This document shows positions 27,761 to 38,333 of a stretch of 64,000 nt of DNA, one piece after another. Position 1 is the first letter of the stretch; the number at the start of each line of letters is the position of its first letter. The notes under the pieces are model-generated. The model worked only from the letters and a program-made list of their open reading frames with translations, was not told where the DNA came from and did no database searches. The stretch comes from Pedobacter sp. (GTDB lineage Bacteria > Desulfobacterota > Desulfuromonadia > Desulfuromonadales > Syntrophotaleaceae), in contig JBFWJC010000001.1 in NCBI GenBank assembly GCA_050253415.1, forward strand, positions 1,128,679-1,192,678. Reading direction: 5' to 3'. A program made the position numbers and the translations under genes.

Positions 27761-28957
27761 TTACGCGTCGGGCTTCATAACTTCGCGAAGGACAGTGGTG
27801 GCAAAGCTTCCTTTGGGAAGTGCGAAGGATAATGTCAGTTGGTCCCCTTGCTGGCTTGTTGCAATCATTGATATCGGAATCCGCAGTGGGCGACGTTCGC
27901 CCGGCATGGAGATACCTGAACCGAGACGGAAATCCTCAAGTTGAATCCCCTCTTTGGCCAGTAAGGCTTGCTCGAGTATGCCTGCCTGGGCCTCGGCAAG
28001 TTTGACTTTGTAGCCCAGGAGCGGGGCCGTGGGGCTGATTTCCAGACGGTCGGCCCGGGGCTGCTCTTCGGCGGGGTCCGTTACCAGGAAACAGGCGCCA
28101 TTATCATGTTTGTAGGCCAGATCGCCGGCCCAGAGCGTCTCGATGCTATCCAGTCGCATGGTCACCAACCGGTCGAACAGGTGGGATTGGTACGCAGACA
28201 CATAAAGGCGCAGCAGTTTGCCGGGTAGGCGGCGGACCGCGTCTTCGGGGCTGCGGCCCTGGCGCAGGTTGCGAATCAGGTTGCGTTCATTGCGCATGCG
28301 AGGGGGCAGGGCTTCCTCGGCCTCGGGCAGTCGGTTTTCTGAGAACAGGGTGGCGGCTTTATGCCATCCAGGGTGGACGATTTTGTTCGGATCGCCAATA
28401 ATCTGTGCAACTGCCAGGTCAAAATTTTTCTGTACGATGGCTTGCCCGATGAGGTGGGAGTTGCCGAGGGATCCATAGCGCTGTTCGCCAAAGAAATTCG
28501 GCACCCCTGTCATTTTCAGGATATGTAGAATGTCGCGAGCCTTTTCCAGGGCGTCATTATCGACACCTCTGATGATGATCGTGAACTGGTTGCCGGCCAG
28601 GTGGCCAAGGCGCAGTTTGTTGCGGTGTTTGCGGGCGGAGAGGATGCGAATGTCTTCCAGTTGAAGCGCGAGGGCTTGCTCCGGGTTGCAGCCAGGCACG
28701 GAAATGAATTGCCTGGTAGTTGCCATGGCATCCTTGAGGCCGGCATATCCCATGGCGCGCTCGTCGACCTGTAACGCTTTTGCGATGCGCTTAAGGGCCT
28801 CAAAGGTGGTTACACCGCATTTTTCCACCTCCAGATAAAGGTGTTCTCCTTCACCGCAAGCGGCATACAGGGGTAACTCTTCAACCAGGAAGTCCTCGGG
28901 GCAGGTTTTGATGTTGCCGCCGGTTCCGGGATTATTTGCTGTGAGATATCTACCCAT
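27761..28957 (-). CDS. truD: tRNA pseudouridine(13) synthase
   Basis: PEDFLVEE, GEGEH, YAGLKD, GNQF, PNFFGEQRYG, F.LPKGSFATTVLRE. Confidence 0.95.
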   Translation of the reverse strand: MGRYLTANNPGTGGNIKTCPEDFLVEELPLYAACGEGEHLYLEVEKCGVTTFEALKRIAKALQVDERAMGYAGLKDAMATTRQFISVPGCNPEQALALQLEDIRILSARKHRNKLRLGHLAGNQFTIIIRGVDNDALEKARDILHILKMTGVPNFFGEQRYGSLGNSHLIGQAIVQKNFDLAVAQIIGDPNKIVHPGWHKAATLFSENRLPEAEEALPPRMRNERNLIRNLRQGRSPEDAVRRLPGKLLRLYVSAYQSHLFDRLVTMRLDSIETLWAGDLAYKHDNGACFLVTDPAEEQPRADRLEISPTAPLLGYKVKLAEAQAGILEQALLAKEGIQLEDFRLGSGISMPGERRPLRIPISMIATSQQGDQLTLSFALPKGSFATTVLREVMKPDA

Positions 28958-29648
28958 GATTGCCACTCCAGTCTATGCGGAAACCTCTTTGTGCCGATTG
29001 AGGGGGTGCGCCTTCGCAGACATGTTGCCGGTTTCGGCGGTGATGGATGAAGTGGATCGGTTGACCCTGAGCCAGAAAACGCCGCATGTATTTGGATAGA
29101 GGGTAGCCTGGTAGGTCGTGGGACACAGGAGTACCCAACTGGTTTTCAAAGCCATCGACCTGATCCAGGTGAGCCGCAACGGCGTCGGCGTAATCGGCTA
29201 CGTCACTACTGAAAAACAATTCCCCGTCAGGTTGCAGGTAGTGTAGCAAGGTCTGTAGAAACAGCTCGTTGACCAAGCGTCTTTTGAGGTGGCGCTTTTT
29301 GGGCCATGGGTCGGGGCAGTTGATGTAGATGGCGGTAAGGCATCCCGGAGTTAAGAAGCGGGATAGCAGGTACCGGGCTTCGATGCGCATCACGCGGACA
29401 TTGGACAGCCCCTGCAGCTCCAGTCGGTTGCAGGTTTTGTTGCAGCCCTTGTTGTATATATCGATTGCCAGGAAGTTTCGCTCAGGAGAGTTGGCCGCCA
29501 TTTGTGCCATGAAATCGCCGATCCCACAGCCTATCTCAAGCGCCAGTGGGTTTGAGTTTCCGAAGATCGCAGAGAAGTCGGCTGGTGACGATAAGTCTTC
29601 TTCCTTGAGGAAAAATGGCGATTTTATCTCGATCATGCTTTGAGTCAT
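28950..29648 (-). CDS. trmB: tRNA (guanine-N7)-methyltransferase
   Basis: LEIGCGIG, PDPWPKKRH.KRRL. Confidence 0.93.
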   Translation of the reverse strand: MTQSMIEIKSPFFLKEEDLSSPADFSAIFGNSNPLALEIGCGIGDFMAQMAANSPERNFLAIDIYNKGCNKTCNRLELQGLSNVRVMRIEARYLLSRFLTPGCLTAIYINCPDPWPKKRHLKRRLVNELFLQTLLHYLQPDGELFFSSDVADYADAVAAHLDQVDGFENQLGTPVSHDLPGYPLSKYMRRFLAQGQPIHFIHHRRNRQHVCEGAPPQSAQRGFRIDWSGNHG

Positions 29649-29910
29649 GCCTGTGTCCTGTCGGGTGCTCTTGTTGGCCTTAAAAAAAAGATTTAGGCTA
29701 TCACGAAAGGTCTCTTGTCACAAGACGTTTTTTGACTGCAGGCCTTCGGGCGGGCGGGTCTTATCGGGCTTGAAAATGGTTGTGTTTCGACGTTTTAGAG
29801 GATAATCTGAACGGCCTGATTGTGATTGTGCCAGTGCGCGAATATCTTGTGTGTTATGAGGGCGAGGGCGCGCCTGGAGTTTATTTTACAAAGCCACCAA
29901 GGAGGCTTTT

Positions 29911-30951
29911 ATGCTTATCGTTATGCATCATAATGCTACCAGCGATCAGATCCAGGCCGTTGAACAGGCTATTTCCGCTCTGGGGTTGCTGGCTCAGCCC
30001 ATCCCTGGCGGCGAGAGAACCGCCATCGGGGTATTGGGCAACCGAGGATATGTGGACGATGCAACCATTCGAGACCTGCCCGGGGTGCTGGAAGTTATCC
30101 ATGTCAGTAAGCCGTATAAGATGGTGTCGCGCGATTTTCATCCGGCTTCGACGGTAGTGAGAATCGGCCCCGTTGTGGTGGGGGATGGCTGCCCTTCGGT
30201 GGTTATGGCCGGCCCCTGCTCCATTGAGAGCGAAGCTCAGATGCTGGAATCGGCTCGTCTGGTTAAGGCTGCCGGCGCCCATGTCCTGCGAGGTGGGGCT
30301 TTTAAGCCGCGCACCGGTCCCCACTCCTTTCAGGGATTGGGAGCTGAAGGGCTAAAGTATTTACAAGCCGCAGGCCAGGAGGTCGGTCTGCCGGTCGTTA
30401 CCGAGGTGATGCGCATCGAGCAGCTTGATCTTGCCTGCCGTTACGCAGACCTTCTGCAAATCGGTGCACGCAACATGCAGAATTTTGACTTGCTCAAAGA
30501 GGTGGGGCGACTTCGCTGTCCTGTGCTGTTGAAGCGCGGCATGAGTGCTACTATTGAGGAGTTTCTTGCTGCTGCCGAATATATTGTGGCGGAAGGCAAC
30601 GACCAGGTGATCCTGTGTGAGCGCGGCATCCGTACGTTCGAAACGGCGACCCGCAACACCCTTGATCTGTCAGTGGTGCCGCTGGTCAAGTCGTTGAGTC
30701 ATTTGCCGATCATTGTCGATCCTAGCCACGCCACGGGACGCCGCGCCCTGGTGCCGGTCATGTCGCGCGCAGCTCTGGTGGCAGGTGCGCATGGACTGAT
30801 GATCGAGGTGCATCCCTCACCGGATCAGGCCTTGTGCGATGGAGCGCAGAGCCTTACCGCTCAGGGCTTTTCACTGTTGATGAAGGAGTTGGCGTATCTG
30901 CAGGATTGTCTTGCGAAGCTACATGGGTCGGTAACTGGTGAACCAGTCTGA
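29911..30951 (+). CDS. aroF: DAHP synthase (class I-beta, N-terminal regulatory domain)
   Basis: AGPCSIE, RGGAFKPRT, QIGARNMQNF, CERGIRTF, DPSH, CDG.QSL. Confidence 0.93.
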   Translation: MLIVMHHNATSDQIQAVEQAISALGLLAQPIPGGERTAIGVLGNRGYVDDATIRDLPGVLEVIHVSKPYKMVSRDFHPASTVVRIGPVVVGDGCPSVVMAGPCSIESEAQMLESARLVKAAGAHVLRGGAFKPRTGPHSFQGLGAEGLKYLQAAGQEVGLPVVTEVMRIEQLDLACRYADLLQIGARNMQNFDLLKEVGRLRCPVLLKRGMSATIEEFLAAAEYIVAEGNDQVILCERGIRTFETATRNTLDLSVVPLVKSLSHLPIIVDPSHATGRRALVPVMSRAALVAGAHGLMIEVHPSPDQALCDGAQSLTAQGFSLLMKELAYLQDCLAKLHGSVTGEPV

Positions 30952-31777
30952 ACAGAGTGATCTCGGGGGAACACATGAAGCGCACAGGCAGCATGCTGGT
31001 ACCCAGCCCACGGTTGACATACAGTGGAACCTTGGCCAGTCCTGCCTGATAGAACCCGGCTACAAAGGCCCCTGAAAAGCGGGGTAAATAAAGCGGCGGC
31101 AGCAACGGAAGGCGAACTTGCCCCCCATGGGTATGCCCGGCCAGCACCAGGTCGATGCGTTTATCCAGTAATTCATGGTTGAACGCCGGCACGTGAGATA
31201 GCATGAGGTTGAGGCGTCTGGGTCTGGCTCCTTGGACCAGGCGGGATAACTGGTCGGAGGGTGAAGGATAGTCGACGCCCAGAATGGATAAGGGTACTCC
31301 ATGTATCTGCAAGTCTCGTCGTTCGTTGATCAGCAGGGTGACATCCGCCCTGCTGAACTGGCGCCGCAGGTTTTCCCCCTCCAGTCGCGCCCAATATTCC
31401 CAGTTACCCTGTACGGCAAAAATACCAGCAGGGGCATGCAGTAAACGCAGAAATTTCAGCACCCCTTCCAGGTTGCGGCTTTGTTCGAGGTAGTCTCCCG
31501 TCAGCAGGATAGCATCAGGGCGCAACGTGCTGACCGTCTGGGCCACCCGTTCAAAATACCCCCGCGATGTTCTCAAGTGGAGATCCGACAGTTGGACCAG
31601 GCGTATCTCTTTGCCTTTTGGGATTTTGGCGATTGGGAGGAAGTGTCTTTCTATGCGTAATGCCTGGGGCTGACGCAACGTGGCATCTGCGGCAAACAGG
31701 CCGCCAATCATTACGGCCCCGCTTAACAGAAAGCGCCTTCGGGGCAGGGATTTGATGGTTGGTTTGGTGTGGGACAT
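30854..31777 (-). CDS. Calcineurin-like metallophosphoesterase (YkuE/YaeI-like) with possible Tat signal
   Basis: SDLH, TGD, GNWE, SH, AGHTHGGQ, RGLG; N-terminal RRRFL. Confidence 0.88.
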   Translation of the reverse strand: MSHTKPTIKSLPRRRFLLSGAVMIGGLFAADATLRQPQALRIERHFLPIAKIPKGKEIRLVQLSDLHLRTSRGYFERVAQTVSTLRPDAILLTGDYLEQSRNLEGVLKFLRLLHAPAGIFAVQGNWEYWARLEGENLRRQFSRADVTLLINERRDLQIHGVPLSILGVDYPSPSDQLSRLVQGARPRRLNLMLSHVPAFNHELLDKRIDLVLAGHTHGGQVRLPLLPPLYLPRFSGAFVAGFYQAGLAKVPLYVNRGLGTSMLPVRFMCSPEITLFRLVHQLPTHVASQDNPADTPTPSSTVKSPER

Positions 31778-32072
31778 GATCGTGGCCTGAATCCGCTTGA
31801 CTGCAAGGTCATCAACAACACTGTTGACCGAATTTCTCTGAATTATAAATGCTTCTGTGGCAACCTCTGTTGGGAAGCCGCTTTTGCAGTATTCGTAAAT
31901 AGTGCTTCATGTTGTTCTGCCTACGCTTGATGTGCGTACGGCTGGCTTAGCGTGATTTTGTGTGTCTACTATAGCATGGCGGACCGGGCCATCCAACCTT
32001 CCTGTTATGGGTCCTATTAAGGCTGTTCGTAATGACGTTATCATATTTGAATTGCAACACAGGCACTGGCTT

Positions 32073-34271
32073 ATGAACACTCTTGTCGCAACGGTGGCCG
32101 TGGCAGCTCCTCTGGAAAAAGCTCTTTCCTATCTGGTGCCGCCCTCTCTGGCTGGGGAGGTTCTGATGGGCGTGCGGGTAAGGGTTCCCTTGGGGAGGCG
32201 CACCGCCATAGGCTATGTGCTGGAGGTGTCGCCAGGAGAGGACGTTGGGCTTAAGCCCGTTATTGAAGTTCTGGGAGAAGAGCCTCTTTTTCCCCCGGCC
32301 ATGGTCGAGTTTTTCCGACGGGCTGCCGATTATTACCAGTTTCCTATCGGTGAGGTGATCCGCACGGCCTTGCCCGCGGGCCTGTCTGGGGGGAACAATG
32401 GTGTGAAGGTACTTGCCGAGCGTGTCTACAGGCCATCTGAGCTCGTCGGTACGCCGCGAGGTCCCCGCCAGCGCGAGGTACTCGAGTATCTGCGGCGGAC
32501 TTCCGGTTCTTCTCGGAGTGAGTTGCTGGACCTTTTTCCCGGTTGCGAGGGGAGCCTCAAGGCTCTTGTCGGACAGGGATTTATCCTGGAAGAGCAGCGG
32601 GAGCGGCTAAGGGATCCTTTTGCGGAGTTGGCGCCGGAGCTGGACAAGCCGGTCGAGATGACAGCGCCGCAGGCGCAGGCCTTTTCCGCCATAGGAGCTG
32701 CGTTACAAGGTGGCGAATTTCGGCCCATGTTGTTGCATGGTGTTACCGGCAGTGGCAAAACCGAAGTTTATCTTCGCTCGATTGAAGCCGTTATCGCATC
32801 CGGACGGCAAGCGCTGATCCTGGTGCCGGAAATTGCCCTGACGCCGCAATTGGTAAGTCGTTTCCGGGCCCGTTTCGCCGATGGACGTGCCTCGTTGGCG
32901 GTACTGCATTCAGGCCTTTCGGCGGGAGAGCGTTTTGATGCCTGGCGCAGTGTCGCTCGTGGCGACGTCGATATTGTCATCGGTGCGCGTTCGGCGGTGT
33001 TTGCGCCGCTTGATCGTTTGGGCATGGTCATTGTCGATGAGGAGCACGAGTCGAGTTATAAGCAGGGCGACGGCTTTCGTTATCATGCCCGAGACCTGGC
33101 CTTAATGCGTGGGCAGATGGAGGGAGCGCTGGTGCTGCTCGGCAGCGCAACCCCTGCCTTGACCACCTACCAACGCGCTCTCGAGGGAAAAATAGATTAC
33201 CTGCTGCTGCCGGAGCGCGTCATGGGGCGATCACTGCCGGAGGTGGAGTTGATCGATCTGACCCAGAACCGGCCAGAGGGGACGCTGGCCCAACCTCTGA
33301 AAGATGCGCTGGTTGCCAATTTGGCTTGTGGGGAGCAGTCCCTGTTGCTGCTCAACCGGCGTGGGTTTGCTCCTTACCTGTTGTGTGCCGATTGCGGTAC
33401 TGCTTTGCGTTGTCCGCATTGCGATATCACTCTGACTTTTTATTTGTCGCAAAAAGAGCTTCGTTGCAACTATTGTGATTTTCGTCAACAGCCTCCCGAC
33501 CAGTGTCCATCATGTCAGGGGGCGAGCATCCTGCCGGAGGGGGCGGGTACCGAGCGGCTTGAACAGGAGTTGCAGGAATTGTTGCCGACGGCACGTATCG
33601 CGCGTATGGACCGGGATACAACCGGTCGCAAGGGAGCACACCAGTCGCTGGTGTCGGCTATGGAAAATCGTGCGATAGATATCCTGGTCGGTACTCAGAT
33701 GGTCGCCAAAGGACTCGATTTCCCGGGTGTGACACTGGTAGGTGTGGTGCAGACCGACAACCTTTTGAATCTTCCTGATTTTCGTGCTGCGGAGCGTGCT
33801 TTTACGTTGCTCACGCAGGTGGCCGGACGGGCCGGGCGGGGCGAGCGCCCCGGCAAGGTTTTTGTGCAGACCTATGCTCCCGAGCACTTCGCCCTAAATT
33901 GCTGTATTCGTCACGATTATGAGGGGTTTGCACAAGAGGAATTGGCCTTGCGGCAGGAATTGGGGTATCCGCCCTTCGGGTTTCTGGTTAATTGTGTGTT
34001 TTCCGGTGCGGTTCGCGAGCAGGTCGAGGTTGCGGCGCAGGGGTTGGCCGCGGAACTGTTGGTGCCGGCGGAAAAACTTGGCGTCGAAGTTCTCGGCCCG
34101 GCCCCCTGCCCGTTGGCGCGCTTGCGCGGCAAAAACCGCTATCAAGTGTTACTCAAGGCTCCAAATCGCCCTCCTCTGCGCCACCTCCTGACGCGCTTGC
34201 CGTCGCTGCGGCGGGCTTTGCCTGGCAAGGTGGCGCTGACCCTCGATATCGATCCTCTGGATATGCTGTAG
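32073..34271 (+). CDS. priA: Primosomal protein N' (replication restart helicase)
   Basis: GVTGSGKTE, PEIALT, DEEH, GSATP, NRRG, four CxxC pairs, QVAGRAGR. Confidence 0.97.
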   Translation: MNTLVATVAVAAPLEKALSYLVPPSLAGEVLMGVRVRVPLGRRTAIGYVLEVSPGEDVGLKPVIEVLGEEPLFPPAMVEFFRRAADYYQFPIGEVIRTALPAGLSGGNNGVKVLAERVYRPSELVGTPRGPRQREVLEYLRRTSGSSRSELLDLFPGCEGSLKALVGQGFILEEQRERLRDPFAELAPELDKPVEMTAPQAQAFSAIGAALQGGEFRPMLLHGVTGSGKTEVYLRSIEAVIASGRQALILVPEIALTPQLVSRFRARFADGRASLAVLHSGLSAGERFDAWRSVARGDVDIVIGARSAVFAPLDRLGMVIVDEEHESSYKQGDGFRYHARDLALMRGQMEGALVLLGSATPALTTYQRALEGKIDYLLLPERVMGRSLPEVELIDLTQNRPEGTLAQPLKDALVANLACGEQSLLLLNRRGFAPYLLCADCGTALRCPHCDITLTFYLSQKELRCNYCDFRQQPPDQCPSCQGASILPEGAGTERLEQELQELLPTARIARMDRDTTGRKGAHQSLVSAMENRAIDILVGTQMVAKGLDFPGVTLVGVVQTDNLLNLPDFRAAERAFTLLTQVAGRAGRGERPGKVFVQTYAPEHFALNCCIRHDYEGFAQEELALRQELGYPPFGFLVNCVFSGAVREQVEVAAQGLAAELLVPAEKLGVEVLGPAPCPLARLRGKNRYQVLLKAPNRPPLRHLLTRLPSLRRALPGKVALTLDIDPLDML

Positions 34272-34289
34272 GCAAGGAGTGCCGGTTTT

Positions 34290-35249
34290 TCAGTCCCCAA
34301 AGGGCAATTCGGCGCCGAGTCCCTGTTGTTTTGCCCGTTGCAGTACATGGGCTGCCAGGGCAAGATCCTGAATGGCCATGCCGTGTGATTCAAACAGGGT
34401 GATCTGTGCCGGGTTGTTGCGACCGGGCAGGCGGCCAACGATGATTTCCCCCAGTTCCGGGATCTGTGTCCAGCGAATGCGTCCTTTTTCCAACAGCGGC
34501 AGTAAATCTCCACATTCTCGGGCGGCCACATCGCGGGCGTCGACCACTACCGAGTCGCAACGTCGGATGGTTTTTTCATCGATTTCGGTCCGGATCAGGG
34601 CGTTGCTGCCAACCGCATTGATGTGGCAGCCCGGTTCCAGCCATGCGCTGTCGAATAAAGGGGTTGCCGAGGTCGTGACCGTCGTGACAATGTCGCTGCC
34701 GCGGACCACCTCTTCGGCGTTTGCCGCGGGGATAACCGCAATGCCGAGTTGCTGGGATTGCTCCCGGCAGAATTCTTCCAGGCGTTGCCGGTCGCGGGAA
34801 AAGACTTTGGCCTGTTGGATCGGGCGCACCTGACAAAGGGCTGCCAGTTGTCCGCGTGCCTGCCAGCCTGCTCCAAACATGCCGACTACGCTGGCTTCCG
34901 GGCGACTCAGGTATCGGCTGGCGATGCCGCTCGCGGCTCCGGTTCGCAACATGCCCAGAAAATTGGCCTCGATAATGGCATCCAGCCGGCCGGAAGTCGC
35001 GTTGTAAAGATGTATCAGAAAGCGGTTTCCTTCGCGGGTCGAGGTGTAGGCTTTGAAGCCAATGGTGTCCAGGCAGTCAACCGCTCCCTGCAAGAGGTGC
35101 AAGGCGCCCTTCTGGATGCGGGTCCGTTCCCGAGGAATGTTGACGGCCCGGCCAAGAGTGTGTTCACGCAGGGACATCTCGACGGATTCCAGTGCCAGGG
35201 GCATGGTTGCCACCTTGCTAACGTCTTTTTCGCTGAGAAACAAGGCCAT
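34290..35249 (-). CDS. Ornithine cyclodeaminase / mu-crystallin family protein
   Basis: LRTGAASG, GAGWQA, HINAVGS, TLFESHG.AIQD; GGAGG RBS before ATG 35249. Confidence 0.9.
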   Translation of the reverse strand: MALFLSEKDVSKVATMPLALESVEMSLREHTLGRAVNIPRERTRIQKGALHLLQGAVDCLDTIGFKAYTSTREGNRFLIHLYNATSGRLDAIIEANFLGMLRTGAASGIASRYLSRPEASVVGMFGAGWQARGQLAALCQVRPIQQAKVFSRDRQRLEEFCREQSQQLGIAVIPAANAEEVVRGSDIVTTVTTSATPLFDSAWLEPGCHINAVGSNALIRTEIDEKTIRRCDSVVVDARDVAARECGDLLPLLEKGRIRWTQIPELGEIIVGRLPGRNNPAQITLFESHGMAIQDLALAAHVLQRAKQQGLGAELPFGD

Positions 35250-35507
35250 CAAGCTACCTCCTTGGGGGTGGGTTGGCGGTTCGAGGAAGGGTTTTCGCCA
35301 CGGTAAGCTCTGGTCGATTATAAGGGGTTGATATGTTTCTTCCAAGTCAAAACCCCGCGATTGATGCTTGTTCATGTATCTGTTACTTTTTTAGATTAAG
35401 AGGCCCTTGCTCCTTACGTGTAGATGCTTTATAGTTCAAAACGCCGGTCCGTCATTGTCGGATGCCATGTCAGCGGCAATTCCAAAGTAATATAGATAGG
35501 TCGAAGC

Positions 35508-35873
35508 GTGAAAAATATTTTGGTAGTAGATGATCAACCGACTATTCGGCAATTGCTGGAGGTCAGTCTTAGTGGTCCAGACCGAAAAATTTTACTGGCG
35601 GAAAGTGGCGAACAGGCGCTTGATATCGCAAGGCTTAGAACTCCTGATCTGATTATCATGGATGTTATGATGCCGGGCGGGATGGATGGGTTTGAAGCTG
35701 TGCGGCAGATGCGCGGCGATCCTTCCATCAGGGATTGTCCCGTCCTTATTCTGACAGCCAAGGACCAGCAGTCCGAACGGGGGCGCGCGGTCGAGATGGG
35801 CGTTGATGGGTATTTGTCCAAGCCGTTTCGCCTTGATGAACTTTTGTGCCAAGTGGAACGGCTTATAGCCTGA
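35508..35873 (+). CDS. Single-domain response regulator
   Basis: ILVVDD, DVMMP, LT, KPF. Confidence 0.9.
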   Translation: MKNILVVDDQPTIRQLLEVSLSGPDRKILLAESGEQALDIARLRTPDLIIMDVMMPGGMDGFEAVRQMRGDPSIRDCPVLILTAKDQQSERGRAVEMGVDGYLSKPFRLDELLCQVERLIA

Positions 35874-35945
35874 TGGGTGTGTTTGCTACGGTTTTACCGG
35901 AGATTGCCATTTTATTCGCTATTTAAGAGGAAAAGGAGACTTTTT

Positions 35946-36611
35946 ATGAAAAAGGACCTACTTGAAAAAGGTGCCATTGTTCAGCGTGACCAGGAAACTT
36001 ATGCTGTCGCTCCGCATATCCCTGGCGGCATCACGTCCCCTGCCACTTTGCGTAAGATTGCCGATGTGGCCGAGCAGTTCAATGCCAAGGCCTTGAAATT
36101 AACCAGTGCCCAGCGCATTGCCATTGTCGGGATTGCCGAAGATCAGCTGGATGCCATTTGGGAAGCTGTCGGCGAAAAACCGGGCGCGGCCATCGGGATG
36201 TGCGTGCGTTCCGTTAAAATCTGCCCGGGTACCACTTTCTGCAAGCGCGGGCAGCAGGACTCCGTAGGTGTCGGTCTGGAACTGGACAAGGTCTATCACG
36301 GCATGGAATTGCCCTGGAAATTCAAAATCGGTGTCTCAGGCTGTGCCAACGATTGCGGCGAGGCTTGCATTAAGGATGTCGGCCTTATCGGTACCCCCAA
36401 GGGCTGGAATGTCATGGTGGGCGGCAACGGTGGCGGCATGCCCCGCTTGTCCCAGAAACTCGTGGAACATGTTCCCAGTGACGAGGAAGCTATTGCGATC
36501 GTCGCCAAGGTTGTGGACTGGTTCAAGGCACAAAACCGCAAAGGCCGTATCGGCAAGCATGTTCAGGAGATGGGGCTGGATGCTTTCCGGGCGGAAGTTC
36601 TGGGCGAATAA
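35946..36611 (+). CDS. Stand-alone nitrite/sulfite-reductase-like (siroheme-[4Fe-4S]) domain protein
   Basis: P.IPGG, LTSAQRI, CPGTTFC and GVSGCANDC ligand motifs, KDVGLIG; AAGGAG RBS. Confidence 0.85.
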   Translation: MKKDLLEKGAIVQRDQETYAVAPHIPGGITSPATLRKIADVAEQFNAKALKLTSAQRIAIVGIAEDQLDAIWEAVGEKPGAAIGMCVRSVKICPGTTFCKRGQQDSVGVGLELDKVYHGMELPWKFKIGVSGCANDCGEACIKDVGLIGTPKGWNVMVGGNGGGMPRLSQKLVEHVPSDEEAIAIVAKVVDWFKAQNRKGRIGKHVQEMGLDAFRAEVLGE

Positions 36612-36633
36612 TTCCCGTCCAACAACGATTCAC

Positions 36634-36665
36634 GACGGGGGAGCCATGGGCTCCCCCGTTTTTTT
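36634..36665 (+). terminator. Intrinsic terminator
   Basis: GACGGGGGAGCC-ATG-GGCTCCCCCGTT plus T tract. Confidence 0.85.
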
Positions 36666-37374
36666 ATGCATCAGGACCTCCGCGGGAAAATTTGTAACCA
36701 CGTCCGCGTACGGTAATGAAGTGAATGGGGCGGGCCGGTGTGGGCTCGAAGTACTTGCGCAGGCGCACTATAAAGTTATCCAGAGTGCGGGTTTCCGTAT
36801 CCGGAGCCAGCCCCCATACGGAGGCCAGTAGTTCTTCCCGTGACAAGGTGTTGCCTTCATTTTCAAAAAAGATTCGCAACATGCGTATTTCCAGGTCGGT
36901 AAGGGCGATGTCGCCCTGGGCCGTTTGGGCCCGTCCCTCCTGAAGGTTGACCGTGTTTTCGCCAAACCGGAAGCTTTCCCCGGTTTTTGGCGTGTTGCGG
37001 TACCAGGTTGAACGATTCACCATGCCGCGTACACGCAACAGGAACTCGGTCAGGCTGAACGGTTTCGTCAGGTAGTCGTCCGCACCGGCCTCCAAGCCCG
37101 CAATGCGATCCTGCTCCTTGCCCAGGGCGGTCAGGATCAAGATTGGCAGGCGGGGATCCTGCAGGCGCACCTGGCGGCAAACCTCCAGGCCGCTTATGCC
37201 CGGCAGCATAAGATCCAGAATGACCAAGAGGCATTGTTTCCAGGGGGCCTGTTCCATGGCCTGTTCGCCGGAGGTGACATGAATGACCTGGTAGCCTTCC
37301 TGCTCCAGGTTGAATATCAAACCTCGGGCAATATGCAGTTCATCCTCGACGAGCAGGATATGCGGGCGAGTCAT
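36664..37374 (-). CDS. OmpR-family response regulator
   Basis: REC (VEDE, DLMLP, KPF) plus winged helix (TRTLDNFIVRLRK, TVRGRGY). Confidence 0.95.
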   Translation of the reverse strand: MTRPHILLVEDELHIARGLIFNLEQEGYQVIHVTSGEQAMEQAPWKQCLLVILDLMLPGISGLEVCRQVRLQDPRLPILILTALGKEQDRIAGLEAGADDYLTKPFSLTEFLLRVRGMVNRSTWYRNTPKTGESFRFGENTVNLQEGRAQTAQGDIALTDLEIRMLRIFFENEGNTLSREELLASVWGLAPDTETRTLDNFIVRLRKYFEPTPARPIHFITVRGRGYKFSRGGPDA

Positions 37375-38333
37375 GACGGGGCTCCCACCGTTGGTTTTGT
37401 GTTGCGTGGCAATAGCACATGGACCTTGGTCCCCTGGTTGGTGCCTTTACTTTCCAGCCAGACCTTCCCCTTGTGACGCCAGGTCAGGGTGCGTACGATG
37501 AACAGTCCCAATCCTGACCCCTGGATAGTTTCGCCAGGATGCGTTCCGCGGTAAAATATACGGAAGACCTTTTTTTGTTCTTTGGGTTCGATGCCGCGGC
37601 CCTTGTCCGCAACGATCAGGTGGCAATGTTGTTTTTCACCCGTCAATGTGACGCTGATGTGGGCTGGCGGGTTCGAATAGAGAATGGCATTTTCAAGCAG
37701 GTTGCGCAGCATCGTTTCGATTGCGGAAGGTTCAAAGCGACAAAACAGATTTGGCTCGATGCTGGTTTCGATAATGCAATCTTTGGGCAAGGCTGCTGAC
37801 TGGCGCACCAGATACTTCACGACAGCTTCTGACAGATTGCCGTGACGAAGGTCGAGGCGTGGCCAGCGCTGTTCCATGCGGTTGGCGGTCAGCATATTAT
37901 CCACCATGCTGTTGAGGCGTACGGTGTCGTCCAACATGGTGTCAAGGAACACCTTCATCTGCTCGGCGTTGGGTCGTCGCAAGCGGATTGTTTCCAGGTG
38001 CAGTTGCAAAGAGGCTATGGGCGATTTCAATTCATGGCTGACCTGGGAAATGAATTGCTTCTGGGCACGGTATAGCGAAGACTGACGGCGCCAGTAAAGA
38101 AAAATGACATAGACGCCGGCCAGAATCGCCACCAGCAGAATCAATCCTTCAATAAGGAGCAGCCAGTCGTAGCGGCCGAATAGGAGTTCCGGGTGGTATT
38201 TTTCAGCCATCAAACGCAGTTTTCGGTGGTTCTGCAAAAACCAGGTTACCCAGCAGACCACGACCAGCACCCACGCCAGTTGGATGCCGATGAAGGCCAT
38301 TAACGGATTTATAATGCGGCGCCATGTTTTCAT
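37371..38333 (-). CDS. Membrane sensor histidine kinase
   Basis: Two TMs, SHELKSP, NLLENA, D.GRGI, GSGLGL; ATGA-coupled to the regulator. Confidence 0.93.
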   Translation of the reverse strand: MKTWRRIINPLMAFIGIQLAWVLVVVCWVTWFLQNHRKLRLMAEKYHPELLFGRYDWLLLIEGLILLVAILAGVYVIFLYWRRQSSLYRAQKQFISQVSHELKSPIASLQLHLETIRLRRPNAEQMKVFLDTMLDDTVRLNSMVDNMLTANRMEQRWPRLDLRHGNLSEAVVKYLVRQSAALPKDCIIETSIEPNLFCRFEPSAIETMLRNLLENAILYSNPPAHISVTLTGEKQHCHLIVADKGRGIEPKEQKKVFRIFYRGTHPGETIQGSGLGLFIVRTLTWRHKGKVWLESKGTNQGTKVHVLLPRNTKPTVGAPS

